Shown: one piece after another, positions 45,755 to 55,015 of the stretch
How the letters are laid out: each line of letters begins with the position of its first letter
Numbering within the stretch: position 1 is the first letter of the stretch
DNA from: a virus
DNA length: 64,000 bases
Reading direction: 5' to 3' (one strand)
IMG/VR virus record: IMGVR_UViG_3300045988_062648
Location: 26,514-90,513 of that record
The notes under the pieces: model-generated
The model's input: only the letters and a program-made list of their open reading frames with translations
What the model was told of the DNA's origin: nothing
The model's database searches: none
Made by a program: the position numbers and the translations under genes

Positions 45755-46904
45755 ATTTAAGTGTATCTTTTATAAAATTATTTATTTCATCTATTGTGAA
45801 TTTATCATGTAAATCACTAAAATCTTTACATTCAAAATTCTCTAAACCAAATTCACCACGAGTAATAAAAAGATATGGTATTCCATAAGTTTCTTCTAGA
45901 TATTTAGCACCAGCTCTACCAGTAGTATCAAAATCTAGAAAACTTAAAATCATACCACCATCTGAAAGTTTACGTTGAAGATATTGATATTCATTCTCTT
46001 TAAGTTTATAATTTTCACTCGGAAGATTTATAATACCAATATTGAGTTTGACACTACCACCCCCGTAGAAGAGCGGATGATTATCAAGATGACTTCCTAG
46101 ACTCAATCTATCTTTACTACTTTTAGTTATGATAATATAATCATAATTATTAAGTTCAAGATTAGGTAGACCTTCAAGCACATTACAATTAGTTATAAAT
46201 TTAAGTTGAGTTTTTCTATTACGAAGAGGAAAATAAAGTTTAATAAGTGAAATACCTTTACGATTTTGTCCTATAAAGTAAGCATAACAAGGATCTTTAC
46301 TTTTATAATAATATTTAGGTTCAGTATCTCTTGTTCTGTTAATATAATATTGGTCTACAGGATAAACAAAATGAGTATTAAGATAACTTAAACTTACACC
46401 CCATCTACCCCATATATCTTTATCATATTTATTCCAACTTCTAGTAGCAACTTCTATAATAGGTCTTTTCTTTTTGCCTTGTTGAATAGCATTTTTTATA
46501 CTATCGTCAATGAAAGGGTCAACTTCTTTTCCATCTATAATATCAGAGAATGTATAAGCTATATGTTTAAGAACAAAATAAAAATCTTCTTTATTATTAG
46601 TTTCTATTTGTCTATTATACACAATACTTAATACATAAGCTACAACTCCATATACATCTTCAAAGAAACCAAAACCTCCAAAATCTCTTACTTTAAGTCT
46701 ACCTTTGGCATTATATTGAATACCCATACTTTTATTAACATCATCGTCACGAAATACACTCTCGATTAGATGATTATGTTCTATACAGTCTTTTACTGTT
46801 TCAAGTGGTATATCAAGATACTTACTAACAATAAGTTCTTGACTAACTTTACTTTCGATATAACTCTTAGTAAGTTTAGAAGTATTAGGTGTTCTTTTAA
46901 GCAT
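45714..46904 (-). CDS. Toprim-domain protein (primase-like)
   Basis: …NVLEGLPN… (conserved Glu) followed about 80 aa later by …ILSFLDFDTTGRAGAKYL… (DxD), as in DnaG-type Toprim domains. No clear zinc-binding N-terminal domain. Confidence 0.35.
   Translation of the reverse strand: MLKRTPNTSKLTKSYIESKVSQELIVSKYLDIPLETVKDCIEHNHLIESVFRDDDVNKSMGIQYNAKGRLKVRDFGGFGFFEDVYGVVAYVLSIVYNRQIETNNKEDFYFVLKHIAYTFSDIIDGKEVDPFIDDSIKNAIQQGKKKRPIIEVATRSWNKYDKDIWGRWGVSLSYLNTHFVYPVDQYYINRTRDTEPKYYYKSKDPCYAYFIGQNRKGISLIKLYFPLRNRKTQLKFITNCNVLEGLPNLELNNYDYIIITKSSKDRLSLGSHLDNHPLFYGGGSVKLNIGIINLPSENYKLKENEYQYLQRKLSDGGMILSFLDFDTTGRAGAKYLEETYGIPYLFITRGEFGLENFECKDFSDLHDKFTIDEINNFIKDTLKYVELRFKHKAICY
46050..46076 (+). repeat. 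dispersed motif, copy 13 (forward GACACTACCACCCCCGTAGAAGAGCGG; inside the minus-strand primase-like gene)
   Basis: Core 46060-46071; antisense encodes PLFYGGGSV. Confidence 0.9.
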
Positions 46905-47035
46905 AATTCAAATAGATAATGCTACAAATATAGCAAATAATGCTGTAAATGATGAAGATAATAGTGTTAAATATAAAAATAAAAAAGGCTACTCCATAAG
47001 GAGCAGCCTTACTAACACTAACTTAATTACCACTA

Positions 47036-47980
47036 TTAAAATGGCATTTCATCTTGTGCAGCATTAAATGCTTCACTTCCTTGAGCACCCATAGGAGGTA
47101 TTGCTCCACCAGCTACAACTCCACCTCCCATCATAGGATTCATAGGAGCTACGCCAAGATTAGGTGTTTTCTTTACTTCTTTAGGTGTTATACTCTCTTT
47201 AGCAAGGTCAAGACGAAGTATTGCAGGAGCAGTTTGTCCTTTCATTATTTCGATACAACCATTACCAATAAAAGTATCAAAACCAAGTTCACCATTTTGA
47301 GCAACATTAACCCATTCTCCTTTACGTTTCTTATGACGAAGAAGTTTCATCCAAATGTTAATTGGCTTACCATCAGCTGTTTTATAAACAGGTTTAGCAG
47401 TTTCTCCATCTTTAAGGTTCCATGTACCATTAAGCATAGCAGTTGCATTTTCAAACAATTGACGATAACCATCAAGTACTTCTTCAGGTTCAATAGCTAC
47501 ATAATTACCTTCATCGTCATAATCTATAAAGGGAAGACTTAAAGCATCTTCTTCTACTTCTGTAAGTTCGCGACCTTTCAGATAGAATACATCAAGAATA
47601 TGCTTAATCCAATTCATAACATTATTTACTTGCCATTCATCTTTACCTCCAGGAATAGTATCAATATTACTTTCTACTGGGAATAAAGTTTGATAAACAT
47701 GACGACGTTCATTAATGTTAGGATGATTACTTGCAAAATGGAAAGTAAGACGAGGAACTTTCATATTAGGAAAACTCTTACTATTCTCACTCTGAGACCA
47801 ATCAACAGTTACACTATCAAGATGACCAATAAATAGACCATTTTGAGCTGCATCTTTCTCATGAAAACGAAGTTGACTAACAGCTTGTGTTTTGTTACTT
47901 ACACCTCTACGAAGTTTCTTTGTTTCTCCTTTTGCAGCATTACCTTGCGCTTCGGTTGCTGCGGCTTTCAAATCTGCCAT
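47036..47980 (-). CDS. putative ssDNA-binding protein (SSB-like Gly/Pro/Met-rich linker and acidic …DEMPF C-terminal tip)
   Basis: The C-terminus …MGGGVVAGGAIPPMGAQGSEAFNAAQDEMPF* mirrors the disordered linker plus acidic D-D-D-I-P-F tip architecture of bacterial SSBs. The OB fold cannot be confirmed by eye. Confidence 0.35.
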   Translation of the reverse strand: MADLKAAATEAQGNAAKGETKKLRRGVSNKTQAVSQLRFHEKDAAQNGLFIGHLDSVTVDWSQSENSKSFPNMKVPRLTFHFASNHPNINERRHVYQTLFPVESNIDTIPGGKDEWQVNNVMNWIKHILDVFYLKGRELTEVEEDALSLPFIDYDDEGNYVAIEPEEVLDGYRQLFENATAMLNGTWNLKDGETAKPVYKTADGKPINIWMKLLRHKKRKGEWVNVAQNGELGFDTFIGNGCIEIMKGQTAPAILRLDLAKESITPKEVKKTPNLGVAPMNPMMGGGVVAGGAIPPMGAQGSEAFNAAQDEMPF

Positions 47981-48094
47981 AACTTAATTAAGTTTTAAAC
48001 GATTAATAAAATGATTATAAAAATAAAGTGGAGGATAACTTGGTTTAAGTCATCCTCCACTTCGCATTCGATTATTATCTAAATGAATAAGCAA

Positions 48095-48910
48095 TTATTC
48101 AGCAGCTTTCTCCTCTTTCTCCTTACCACGGATAATTGGGTCTGTATCTTCTACAAACTGAATAGGATAAGCAGTTACATTAACAACTTCCTTACCATTG
48201 TTATAAGGAACAGTTGAAGGCTCATCAAGCAGCACCTCGAATATACGATTCTTCTTTGTCTTGTTCTCACCAAGGTCAGACTTCAACTGATTCCATATTG
48301 CAGTATCAGTAAAGTTAACTTGAAGACCAACACCTGTAGCATTAGAAGTAGTAGCTACCTTAGAACCCTCTGCAAGATGATACTTAGGAGATTCAACTTC
48401 CTCGGGCTTAATGCTAGCAAGAAGTTCTTCGTCAGTTGCATCGGGATTACCAATACGCTCTTTAAGAGCATCACGATTAGCCTCTACAAGTTCCATTCCA
48501 TGAGCCTGGAGATACTTAACTTTATCTTCCTTACTCATACGAACAGAAGCCATAATAGGATTACCTTTCCTATCATACTTCAACTCACCCTTAGCAATAA
48601 ACCAAACGGTAAACTCTTTTAGTATTGCTTGCTGACCCTCATGACTATCAAGATCAATATTGTTCTCTTTAGCATACTCAACAACAGCATCTGCACGGTT
48701 AGCAATAGCTTGCTCAACAGGTGCAATAGTATTGAAGAACATAACATTGTCGCCTACAGCAATACCAAGTACTTTAGTTACAGCAGGAGTAAGACTAAAC
48801 TTACCTGCGGTGCTATTAGCAACAAGCTGAGGAGTAGCTGCAACAGCTGAAAGTTTCTGACCTGCTTGAACACCTGCAATACCGAATTGAAGTTTGTTAC
48901 CTAATTTCAT
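48095..48910 (-). CDS. hypothetical protein (271 aa), markedly GC-richer codon usage
   Basis: ORF with about 40% GC against about 28% in its neighbours. Possibly highly expressed. Confidence 0.5.
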   Translation of the reverse strand: MKLGNKLQFGIAGVQAGQKLSAVAATPQLVANSTAGKFSLTPAVTKVLGIAVGDNVMFFNTIAPVEQAIANRADAVVEYAKENNIDLDSHEGQQAILKEFTVWFIAKGELKYDRKGNPIMASVRMSKEDKVKYLQAHGMELVEANRDALKERIGNPDATDEELLASIKPEEVESPKYHLAEGSKVATTSNATGVGLQVNFTDTAIWNQLKSDLGENKTKKNRIFEVLLDEPSTVPYNNGKEVVNVTAYPIQFVEDTDPIIRGKEKEEKAAE

Positions 48911-48967
48911 AATAGTAATTTTTAAAACAATTAATTAATTAATATGATTAACACTAAATTTAGCCTT

Positions 48968-49897
48968 TTATTCAGAAGTTATTTCATTTATTTCTTCTGC
49001 ATTTTCAAAGTCACTTGGAGATAGACCAACATCTTCAACTAACTTAATCTCGGTTGTTTCCATAACACCGAAGAGAATATCACTAGCTATATCTCTTGCA
49101 CCAAGAGTAAAAGCTCTGTGACCAATCATTACACGAGCATACTTTTTATAAGTATCTTTCTCGAAGAAACCAGCAGCTTGAGCTTCACTAAAACTGAAAT
49201 GACTAACAGCATGAATTTCATGTTCTTTACCATTAATCATTTTATATCTAGTAAACTCATATTCAGTAATATAATCTATAGGTTGAGCAGGGATTCTTAT
49301 AACGGGAAATTTACCCTCATTAGCAACTTTAACTGCTTGTGTTCTATTGATACATTTAACACATTTGTCACTAATTTGAAACTCATTATAGACATTACCT
49401 TTTAAATCAGTGTACCATTTAAGCGGATACACTCCAACTGTTTCATCATTTGTAGCTTTTGCAGCTTCATCGGCAGTACGACATAATTTAACATAACTAG
49501 GAAGTTGTGTTTCATTATAAATCGTATTACCGTCTGTATATTGATACAGAGGAGTATAATCTTTAGTACATTTCCAAACTACTCCTGCCCTCGATAATAA
49601 CGACTTTATAATATGAATATCAATACCTGTCTTACCATTTATTACATGGATATGTTCTATACAAGTTGAAAATGGTAGTTGCAAATCTTGTGCTCTCATA
49701 AGAACTGCAAGTCCTTCATTAACACTTTTAATACCACCTTTATCACTTGCAATAATCTTCTTTAGGAATACTTCTGCATTAGCAAGTTGTTTTTCATCAA
49801 GAAGATTTAGAACATTTAGACCAGTATTGTTTTCTTCATGTCGTACAGCAACTTGTCGAACTTCATTACTGTCTTTTTGTTCTGTTTGCTTATTCAT
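48968..49897 (-). CDS. hypothetical protein (309 aa); possible recombination (single-strand annealing) protein, unverified
   Basis: Lies among recombination/replication genes (Gp157-like, SSB-like). No decisive motif recognised. Confidence 0.3.
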   Translation of the reverse strand: MNKQTEQKDSNEVRQVAVRHEENNTGLNVLNLLDEKQLANAEVFLKKIIASDKGGIKSVNEGLAVLMRAQDLQLPFSTCIEHIHVINGKTGIDIHIIKSLLSRAGVVWKCTKDYTPLYQYTDGNTIYNETQLPSYVKLCRTADEAAKATNDETVGVYPLKWYTDLKGNVYNEFQISDKCVKCINRTQAVKVANEGKFPVIRIPAQPIDYITEYEFTRYKMINGKEHEIHAVSHFSFSEAQAAGFFEKDTYKKYARVMIGHRAFTLGARDIASDILFGVMETTEIKLVEDVGLSPSDFENAEEINEITSE

Positions 49898-49948
49898 TAT
49901 TTCAAAGAGCTTTTGTTGTTTTACATTGCAAATATACGAATTATCTTT

Positions 49949-51370
49949 TTAATCTACAACTATTACATCATTTATTTTATCATAAGCAGCAATATTTTTA
50001 ATGTTATTAAGTAAAATATGACTTACGGGCAATCTACGTTCCTGCAAATGCCTTTGTTCGAGAGTATTAGATATATATAAGGTAAATAATTTAATTGGAC
50101 TATTAAAATTTACCTTATCCAATCTATAAATATAACTTTCAATATCATTACATAACGGAGAAGTTATAATAACAATATCCACATCAATAGCAAGTTTTTT
50201 ATCTGGAGCATTACCTACACTAAGAACATTAATTCGATTATTATTAAACGAACTCATATTCATAGTACATTGAAGTTGTGCTCCAGCCATTTTAATCATG
50301 CCAGCTTTAGCTCCACTTTTATAAGTTACAAAATTACCATTTATATCTTTAAGTTCGATAGAATCAAGTTTATCATGAAAACACTCACAAACTTGTTTAT
50401 TAAAACTCTTATTAAGATAATCTCTAACTTGTGTAGCAAAATTAGCTTTCTTATTTATAATAAGAATTTTCTTATAGCTATGTTCTTTTACTATTTCATA
50501 TGTTGCTTGAAGTTTATTTTCATTACTAGCTAAAAGCTCTGTTCTAGCACGAATAATATCATAAGTAAGTTTAGCTCTATCTGATAAAGATATAGGATTA
50601 AATAGAAAATCTATTTGCCTATTATATTCTATATTCATATCAAGATTTTCAGACCAACCATTAGATATTGCAACTCTTCTACAAACTTCTTCTGCACTAA
50701 CATTATTATCTTTATCTCCAATTCTTGCTTTATCAAGCATTTTTAAATCACCAAAAATATTAACGCTAGTAGTAATATAATCATTATGTTGTTTAAGAGT
50801 TTTCTCGTCTTTAGAGTTAAGTTGAACGTCAACCAACAACTCTTCTACGGGGGTCGAGAGCCTAATACTTCTTACTTCATCTTCTTTAAATGTTTCTAAT
50901 AGAGGACAAATTTTATAAAGTTTACTTCTATCTTCATCAGCTATAAGTTTATTAACAATAACTAATTTGAACTTTCCTTTATTAAGAGCTTCACATATTA
51001 TATTAGTTATATCTTCAACATGATACAGAATAACAAGTGAAAAGATACCATTAAGAGTAAACAGATTATCTTCTACAAGATTTTTAGAAACTACTTTTAT
51101 AGTTTTTTTACTAATAAGGTCTTTAAACTCTTTATTATTCTCTTCTTCATTTTGATGTGTAAGAAAATCAACAAGTTGACTTCTTTCATTAAAATCAGAA
51201 GTAATAATAAAAGTACGTCCAAAATTTTTATTATTATAAACTCTTTGGAGTATTCCAAGCATTAAAACTTTATCATTTACACCAAAAGGTATAATAGCTG
51301 TTCCAATACCTTTTTTAATTCTCCATTCTTCTATAGCTTTTATAAATAATTCACCAAGTTTTTCATTCAT
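49949..51370 (-). CDS. hypothetical replication-module protein (473 aa)
   Basis: ORF immediately downstream of the DNA polymerase. No clear Walker A. Contains one motif copy. Confidence 0.45.
   Translation of the reverse strand: MNEKLGELFIKAIEEWRIKKGIGTAIIPFGVNDKVLMLGILQRVYNNKNFGRTFIITSDFNERSQLVDFLTHQNEEENNKEFKDLISKKTIKVVSKNLVEDNLFTLNGIFSLVILYHVEDITNIICEALNKGKFKLVIVNKLIADEDRSKLYKICPLLETFKEDEVRSIRLSTPVEELLVDVQLNSKDEKTLKQHNDYITTSVNIFGDLKMLDKARIGDKDNNVSAEEVCRRVAISNGWSENLDMNIEYNRQIDFLFNPISLSDRAKLTYDIIRARTELLASNENKLQATYEIVKEHSYKKILIINKKANFATQVRDYLNKSFNKQVCECFHDKLDSIELKDINGNFVTYKSGAKAGMIKMAGAQLQCTMNMSSFNNNRINVLSVGNAPDKKLAIDVDIVIITSPLCNDIESYIYRLDKVNFNSPIKLFTLYISNTLEQRHLQERRLPVSHILLNNIKNIAAYDKINDVIVVD
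50840..50862 (-). repeat. dispersed motif, copy 14 (reverse CTCTTCTACGGGGGTCGAGAGCC; inside minus-strand gene 49949-51370)
   Basis: Core 50842-50853. The coding strand reads …SIRLSTPVEELL…. Confidence 0.9.
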
Positions 51371-51373
51371 ATA

Positions 51374-53692
51374 TCAATTAAAATCATCATCATTAAAAAG
51401 TGTTTGATATTCATGAGAATATTTCTTTATAACTACTTTTCCGCTTTTAATACCACGATTAGTATCTGCTTTTTGATTAGAAGATATAGAAAGTAATATA
51501 GGATTAAGTATTTTATATGCTTCATCATAATAATATCTATAATCTATATCTCTAAGTTCAATAGGCACATCATCAAGAGAGTTAAGTATCTTAACAGGAA
51601 GACCACTAGCAAGTCTAGAACGTTTATGAGTTACATTATGTTCTTTTTGAAGTACAACTCCTTTAGTAGAAACATAAAATCTAACATGACGTTGACTATA
51701 TATACTAGTAATATTACCGTTAATTACAGCATCATATACTACATCAAATTGTTTTCCTACATTTTGGGTCTTACAAAAATCAAGTATATCTTTATGATTC
51801 TTAAGAGTTTCCATAATAGGAATATTATGAAGAAAATAATTACTAACAGCAATAGCCACAATAGGCATATCGTAACCTTTCTTCAAATCTTTAAGATATT
51901 GTTTAGGGTCAAGAGCACCTTTATATTCTATTTTACCATTAGTTTGTTCATCAAAATAATTATTTATATCTCGACTTACAAGAATATTATATTCTTCACT
52001 ATCTGCACTAAGTTTTGTTTCTTCACACCATTTATTTGTTATTTCTTTAAATTCTTCTCGTTTATCTTTTGGAAGTTTTACAATTATACCATCAGTATTA
52101 GCACTAATAACATGAATACCAGCAAGTTCAAGTCGTTCACATAACATAATAATCATTAATTGACCATTTATAGTAACTTTAAGTTGTGCAAGTCTATCAT
52201 ATAGCCAAAACTTGTCACTACCAAATTTACCATATATAGCATTAATAACAATTTTCAATGCTTCAGCAGCTAGTTTATTATGAACTCCTTTAACTACTTG
52301 TTCATCTTCGTCTTTAGTATGTTTAGCTTTTATACGAGTAGTTCTAAAATAATCTACCATTTGTACAAAAACTTTTTCATTTATATGTTTTGGTGCAATA
52401 TTATATGCAACCATTATACTAGGATAAAATGAACTAATATCATAATGAACATAAGTAAACTTATCATCACTACGATATACACCTGGTATATCTTTACTAT
52501 GAAGTCCACCTGTTGCTATTGTATAAGTAGTACCTTTAAATTTAATTTCTTTACTAAAAGCATCTTTACTTGTACGATATATAGCTACAGTCTTCATTTC
52601 AGCAAGCATATCTTGAAGTTCTTTAGTTTCAAAATGAATATTATCAAAGATAACTTTATTAAAACTTAAACGAGTTCTTTCTGTTCTAAGTTTTTCAAAA
52701 CGTTCTTTTCTAAGTCCACTTCTCTCACTATAAAACTTAACAAGAAGTCTATCTGCAATATTAGCACGAGATGCACAAAGAAGATTAAGTTTAAAAGCTG
52801 CTCCAAGACTATAACGAAGTTTTACTTCATCAGGCTTTTGTCTTACTATTTCACATACAAGAAATACATCATTCTTATTATAATGAAGCATATCTTTTAT
52901 ATATTTTGGTAAAACATATCTATCAAAATCATTTGTAATAAGAGAATTAAGTTCTTTTGTACTCATTCCTCTATAATGATTTTGTTTATGCCAATAAAGT
53001 TCAGCTTCTTCTTCATCTATATCAGGCAGCTTAAAATCAAGAAGTTCATGCCATTTAAGATTAATACTAGTTTGTTTAAGACTTTTACCAAACTTAACTC
53101 GTTCACCAGTATCTTTATCTATATTAACACCAGCTGCATTTAAAGCATAAACTCTTTGAATATCCACAGTAGCATAAGGCAATCTATATTGTCTTAGCAT
53201 TTCTATTTCATTATCCTTATAAAATGCTTCTTTGTCATCTTGAAGTTCAATTATTCGTTTACTAGTTTTATAAAGATATTTAATAAGTTCTTTACTATTG
53301 TCAAATTGATTAAATCGACACATAAAAGCTCTTATCATCATATCATCATAATTACTATTATTATAACCGAATAAATCATATCTTACAGGATATTGTTGAA
53401 TATTTCCATCATCATTAGTATAAGTTTCATAATGAGCAATCATACTATTGATATAACTCACTATTTCAAGCAATTGACTATCATCAGTATCAGATATATA
53501 AAATACATCTGATTTAACTTTATCAAGTCTTTCCTTTATCTCTTTTACACTTAACTTTTCAGTCAACGCTATAGGATTTCCTTTATCATCAATACAATCA
53601 CTAAATGTATTAAGATAATCTTGCATATCAACAAAAGTTATACTAAATAGATTTGGGAATATTTCAACATCAATAGCTTTACTAATAATCAT
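51374..53692 (-). CDS. family B DNA polymerase with 3'-5' exonuclease motifs
   Basis: Exo I DVEIF; Exo II …YNNSNYDDMM… (N-x-x-x-F/YD); Exo III HYNKND. Pol motif A YVHYDISSFYPSIM (DxxSLYPS), motif B KIVINAIYGKFG (KxxxNSxYG), motif C ISANTDGIIV (YxDTDS-like). Confidence 0.85.
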   Translation of the reverse strand: MIISKAIDVEIFPNLFSITFVDMQDYLNTFSDCIDDKGNPIALTEKLSVKEIKERLDKVKSDVFYISDTDDSQLLEIVSYINSMIAHYETYTNDDGNIQQYPVRYDLFGYNNSNYDDMMIRAFMCRFNQFDNSKELIKYLYKTSKRIIELQDDKEAFYKDNEIEMLRQYRLPYATVDIQRVYALNAAGVNIDKDTGERVKFGKSLKQTSINLKWHELLDFKLPDIDEEEAELYWHKQNHYRGMSTKELNSLITNDFDRYVLPKYIKDMLHYNKNDVFLVCEIVRQKPDEVKLRYSLGAAFKLNLLCASRANIADRLLVKFYSERSGLRKERFEKLRTERTRLSFNKVIFDNIHFETKELQDMLAEMKTVAIYRTSKDAFSKEIKFKGTTYTIATGGLHSKDIPGVYRSDDKFTYVHYDISSFYPSIMVAYNIAPKHINEKVFVQMVDYFRTTRIKAKHTKDEDEQVVKGVHNKLAAEALKIVINAIYGKFGSDKFWLYDRLAQLKVTINGQLMIIMLCERLELAGIHVISANTDGIIVKLPKDKREEFKEITNKWCEETKLSADSEEYNILVSRDINNYFDEQTNGKIEYKGALDPKQYLKDLKKGYDMPIVAIAVSNYFLHNIPIMETLKNHKDILDFCKTQNVGKQFDVVYDAVINGNITSIYSQRHVRFYVSTKGVVLQKEHNVTHKRSRLASGLPVKILNSLDDVPIELRDIDYRYYYDEAYKILNPILLSISSNQKADTNRGIKSGKVVIKKYSHEYQTLFNDDDFN

Positions 53693-54237
53693 AATATTTC
53701 ATAAGCACTATAATCATCATTTATTGCAGCATTATACCATTTAATTAGATCATTAGTGAATACTTCACCTTTATTTTCATCTATTAGTTTAACACGAGGA
53801 GAATAAGTAATACTAATTGTTTGTTTAGCATATTTAAATACTTTATCTTTCCATACATTAATATTGGTTACACTAAGTATTATATTGCTTGGTTCTAACC
53901 CACATAAAAGAATATGTTTTTTGGCTAGACTAAATTTACTCATAGTACGCTTTAAACAGTCATAATAATAACTTTGTGCAACTTCATATCCATTAAGACG
54001 AGTAGGACTACATTGAAGCATTGGTGCAATTATATAACTTTGCTCTAGCCCCCCCGTAGAAGAGATGGTTTGCACCACCTCTTTTACTCCTACATCATCT
54101 TCAATATTCTCTGTATCAATATATGGAACAACAATAGCTAAATTACTAAAAGGATTACCGAAAACTTGTGGTTCACGATAACCCTTTAGATTTAGTTTAA
54201 GAGGACAATTATCACAAGTCATCATAAGCATCTTCAT
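53689..54237 (-). CDS. possible uracil-DNA glycosylase-like protein (family 4-like), tentative
   Basis: N-terminal C-D-N-C-P-L followed by …VFGNPFSNLAIVVPYID…, reminiscent of the UDG family 4 CxxCxL…GxxP motif. Adjacent to the polymerase gene. Confidence 0.25.
   Translation of the reverse strand: MKMLMMTCDNCPLKLNLKGYREPQVFGNPFSNLAIVVPYIDTENIEDDVGVKEVVQTISSTGGLEQSYIIAPMLQCSPTRLNGYEVAQSYYYDCLKRTMSKFSLAKKHILLCGLEPSNIILSVTNINVWKDKVFKYAKQTISITYSPRVKLIDENKGEVFTNDLIKWYNAAINDDYSAYEIL
54046..54066 (+). repeat. dispersed motif, copy 15 (forward CTAGCCCCCCCGTAGAAGAGATGG; inside minus-strand gene 53689-54237)
   Basis: Core 54049-54062. Confidence 0.85.
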
Positions 54238-54586
54238 CTGAAGAATCTACAATATCATATTGTATTATTTCATCTACATGATGAAATTCACACATAGCAA
54301 GTCTACTATGTTTAAGAATAACTTCGTCGCTTATTTTATCAACAAACTGAGCATATCTAGAATACATTGCAGCTTTAGCTCGTCCTTCACTTATACGTTT
54401 ACCTATTACTGAATTATATTCATCAATAGGACATTTAGCTACTCCTTTACTTTTTTGAACATGATGTGTGATAGGATTAATATATTTGATAGTACAAATA
54501 GTTTTAACACTAACAAAATCATTATCTACTTCATATTTTATATTCTTTATACGAAGCCTAAATATATTACTTGGTTTATTATTCAT
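54212..54586 (-). CDS. hypothetical protein (124 aa)
   Basis: ORF. Confidence 0.4.
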   Translation of the reverse strand: MNNKPSNIFRLRIKNIKYEVDNDFVSVKTICTIKYINPITHHVQKSKGVAKCPIDEYNSVIGKRISEGRAKAAMYSRYAQFVDKISDEVILKHSRLAMCEFHHVDEIIQYDIVDSSDEDAYDDL

Positions 54587-54701
54587 AGTTATTTAATATT
54601 TTAAAATCGTTTTTGAGGGCTTTAAATGTGTTGGCTTATCAGTTATCCACGAGGACACTTCAAAGCCAACACAAGCAAAACAAAGTAGGTCTACGTTGAT
54701 T

Positions 54702-55013
54702 TTAGAGTTTAACTTCTGTCACTTCGACATATGTCAGCTTGCCTTTATATCCTCTACGTCTAAGTTCTTCAATAAGTTCACGACTAGTAAAATCAATAAA
54801 CTTTTCACTTGGATTTTTAATATCATGTTGACAAGCCTTACATATATGACGAACACCTATGCCATACTTTTCAAAATAATTTATTGGAAGCCATTGTTTA
54901 CACTTTCTACAATAACGTTTCTGTTCAACTTTAATGTTATCGTTATTATCTTGCTTTTGTTGTTCCTGAAGTTCATTTTCTTCAAATGGAACATTTGCTA
55001 TTTCATCATTCAT
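54702..55013 (-). CDS. zinc-finger protein (103 aa)
   Basis: CRKCKQW…HICKACQH (C4-type). The antisense + ORF 54696-55019 is considered spurious. Confidence 0.45.
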   Translation of the reverse strand: MNDEIANVPFEENELQEQQKQDNNDNIKVEQKRYCRKCKQWLPINYFEKYGIGVRHICKACQHDIKNPSEKFIDFTSRELIEELRRRGYKGKLTYVEVTEVKL

Positions 55014-55015
55014 GA

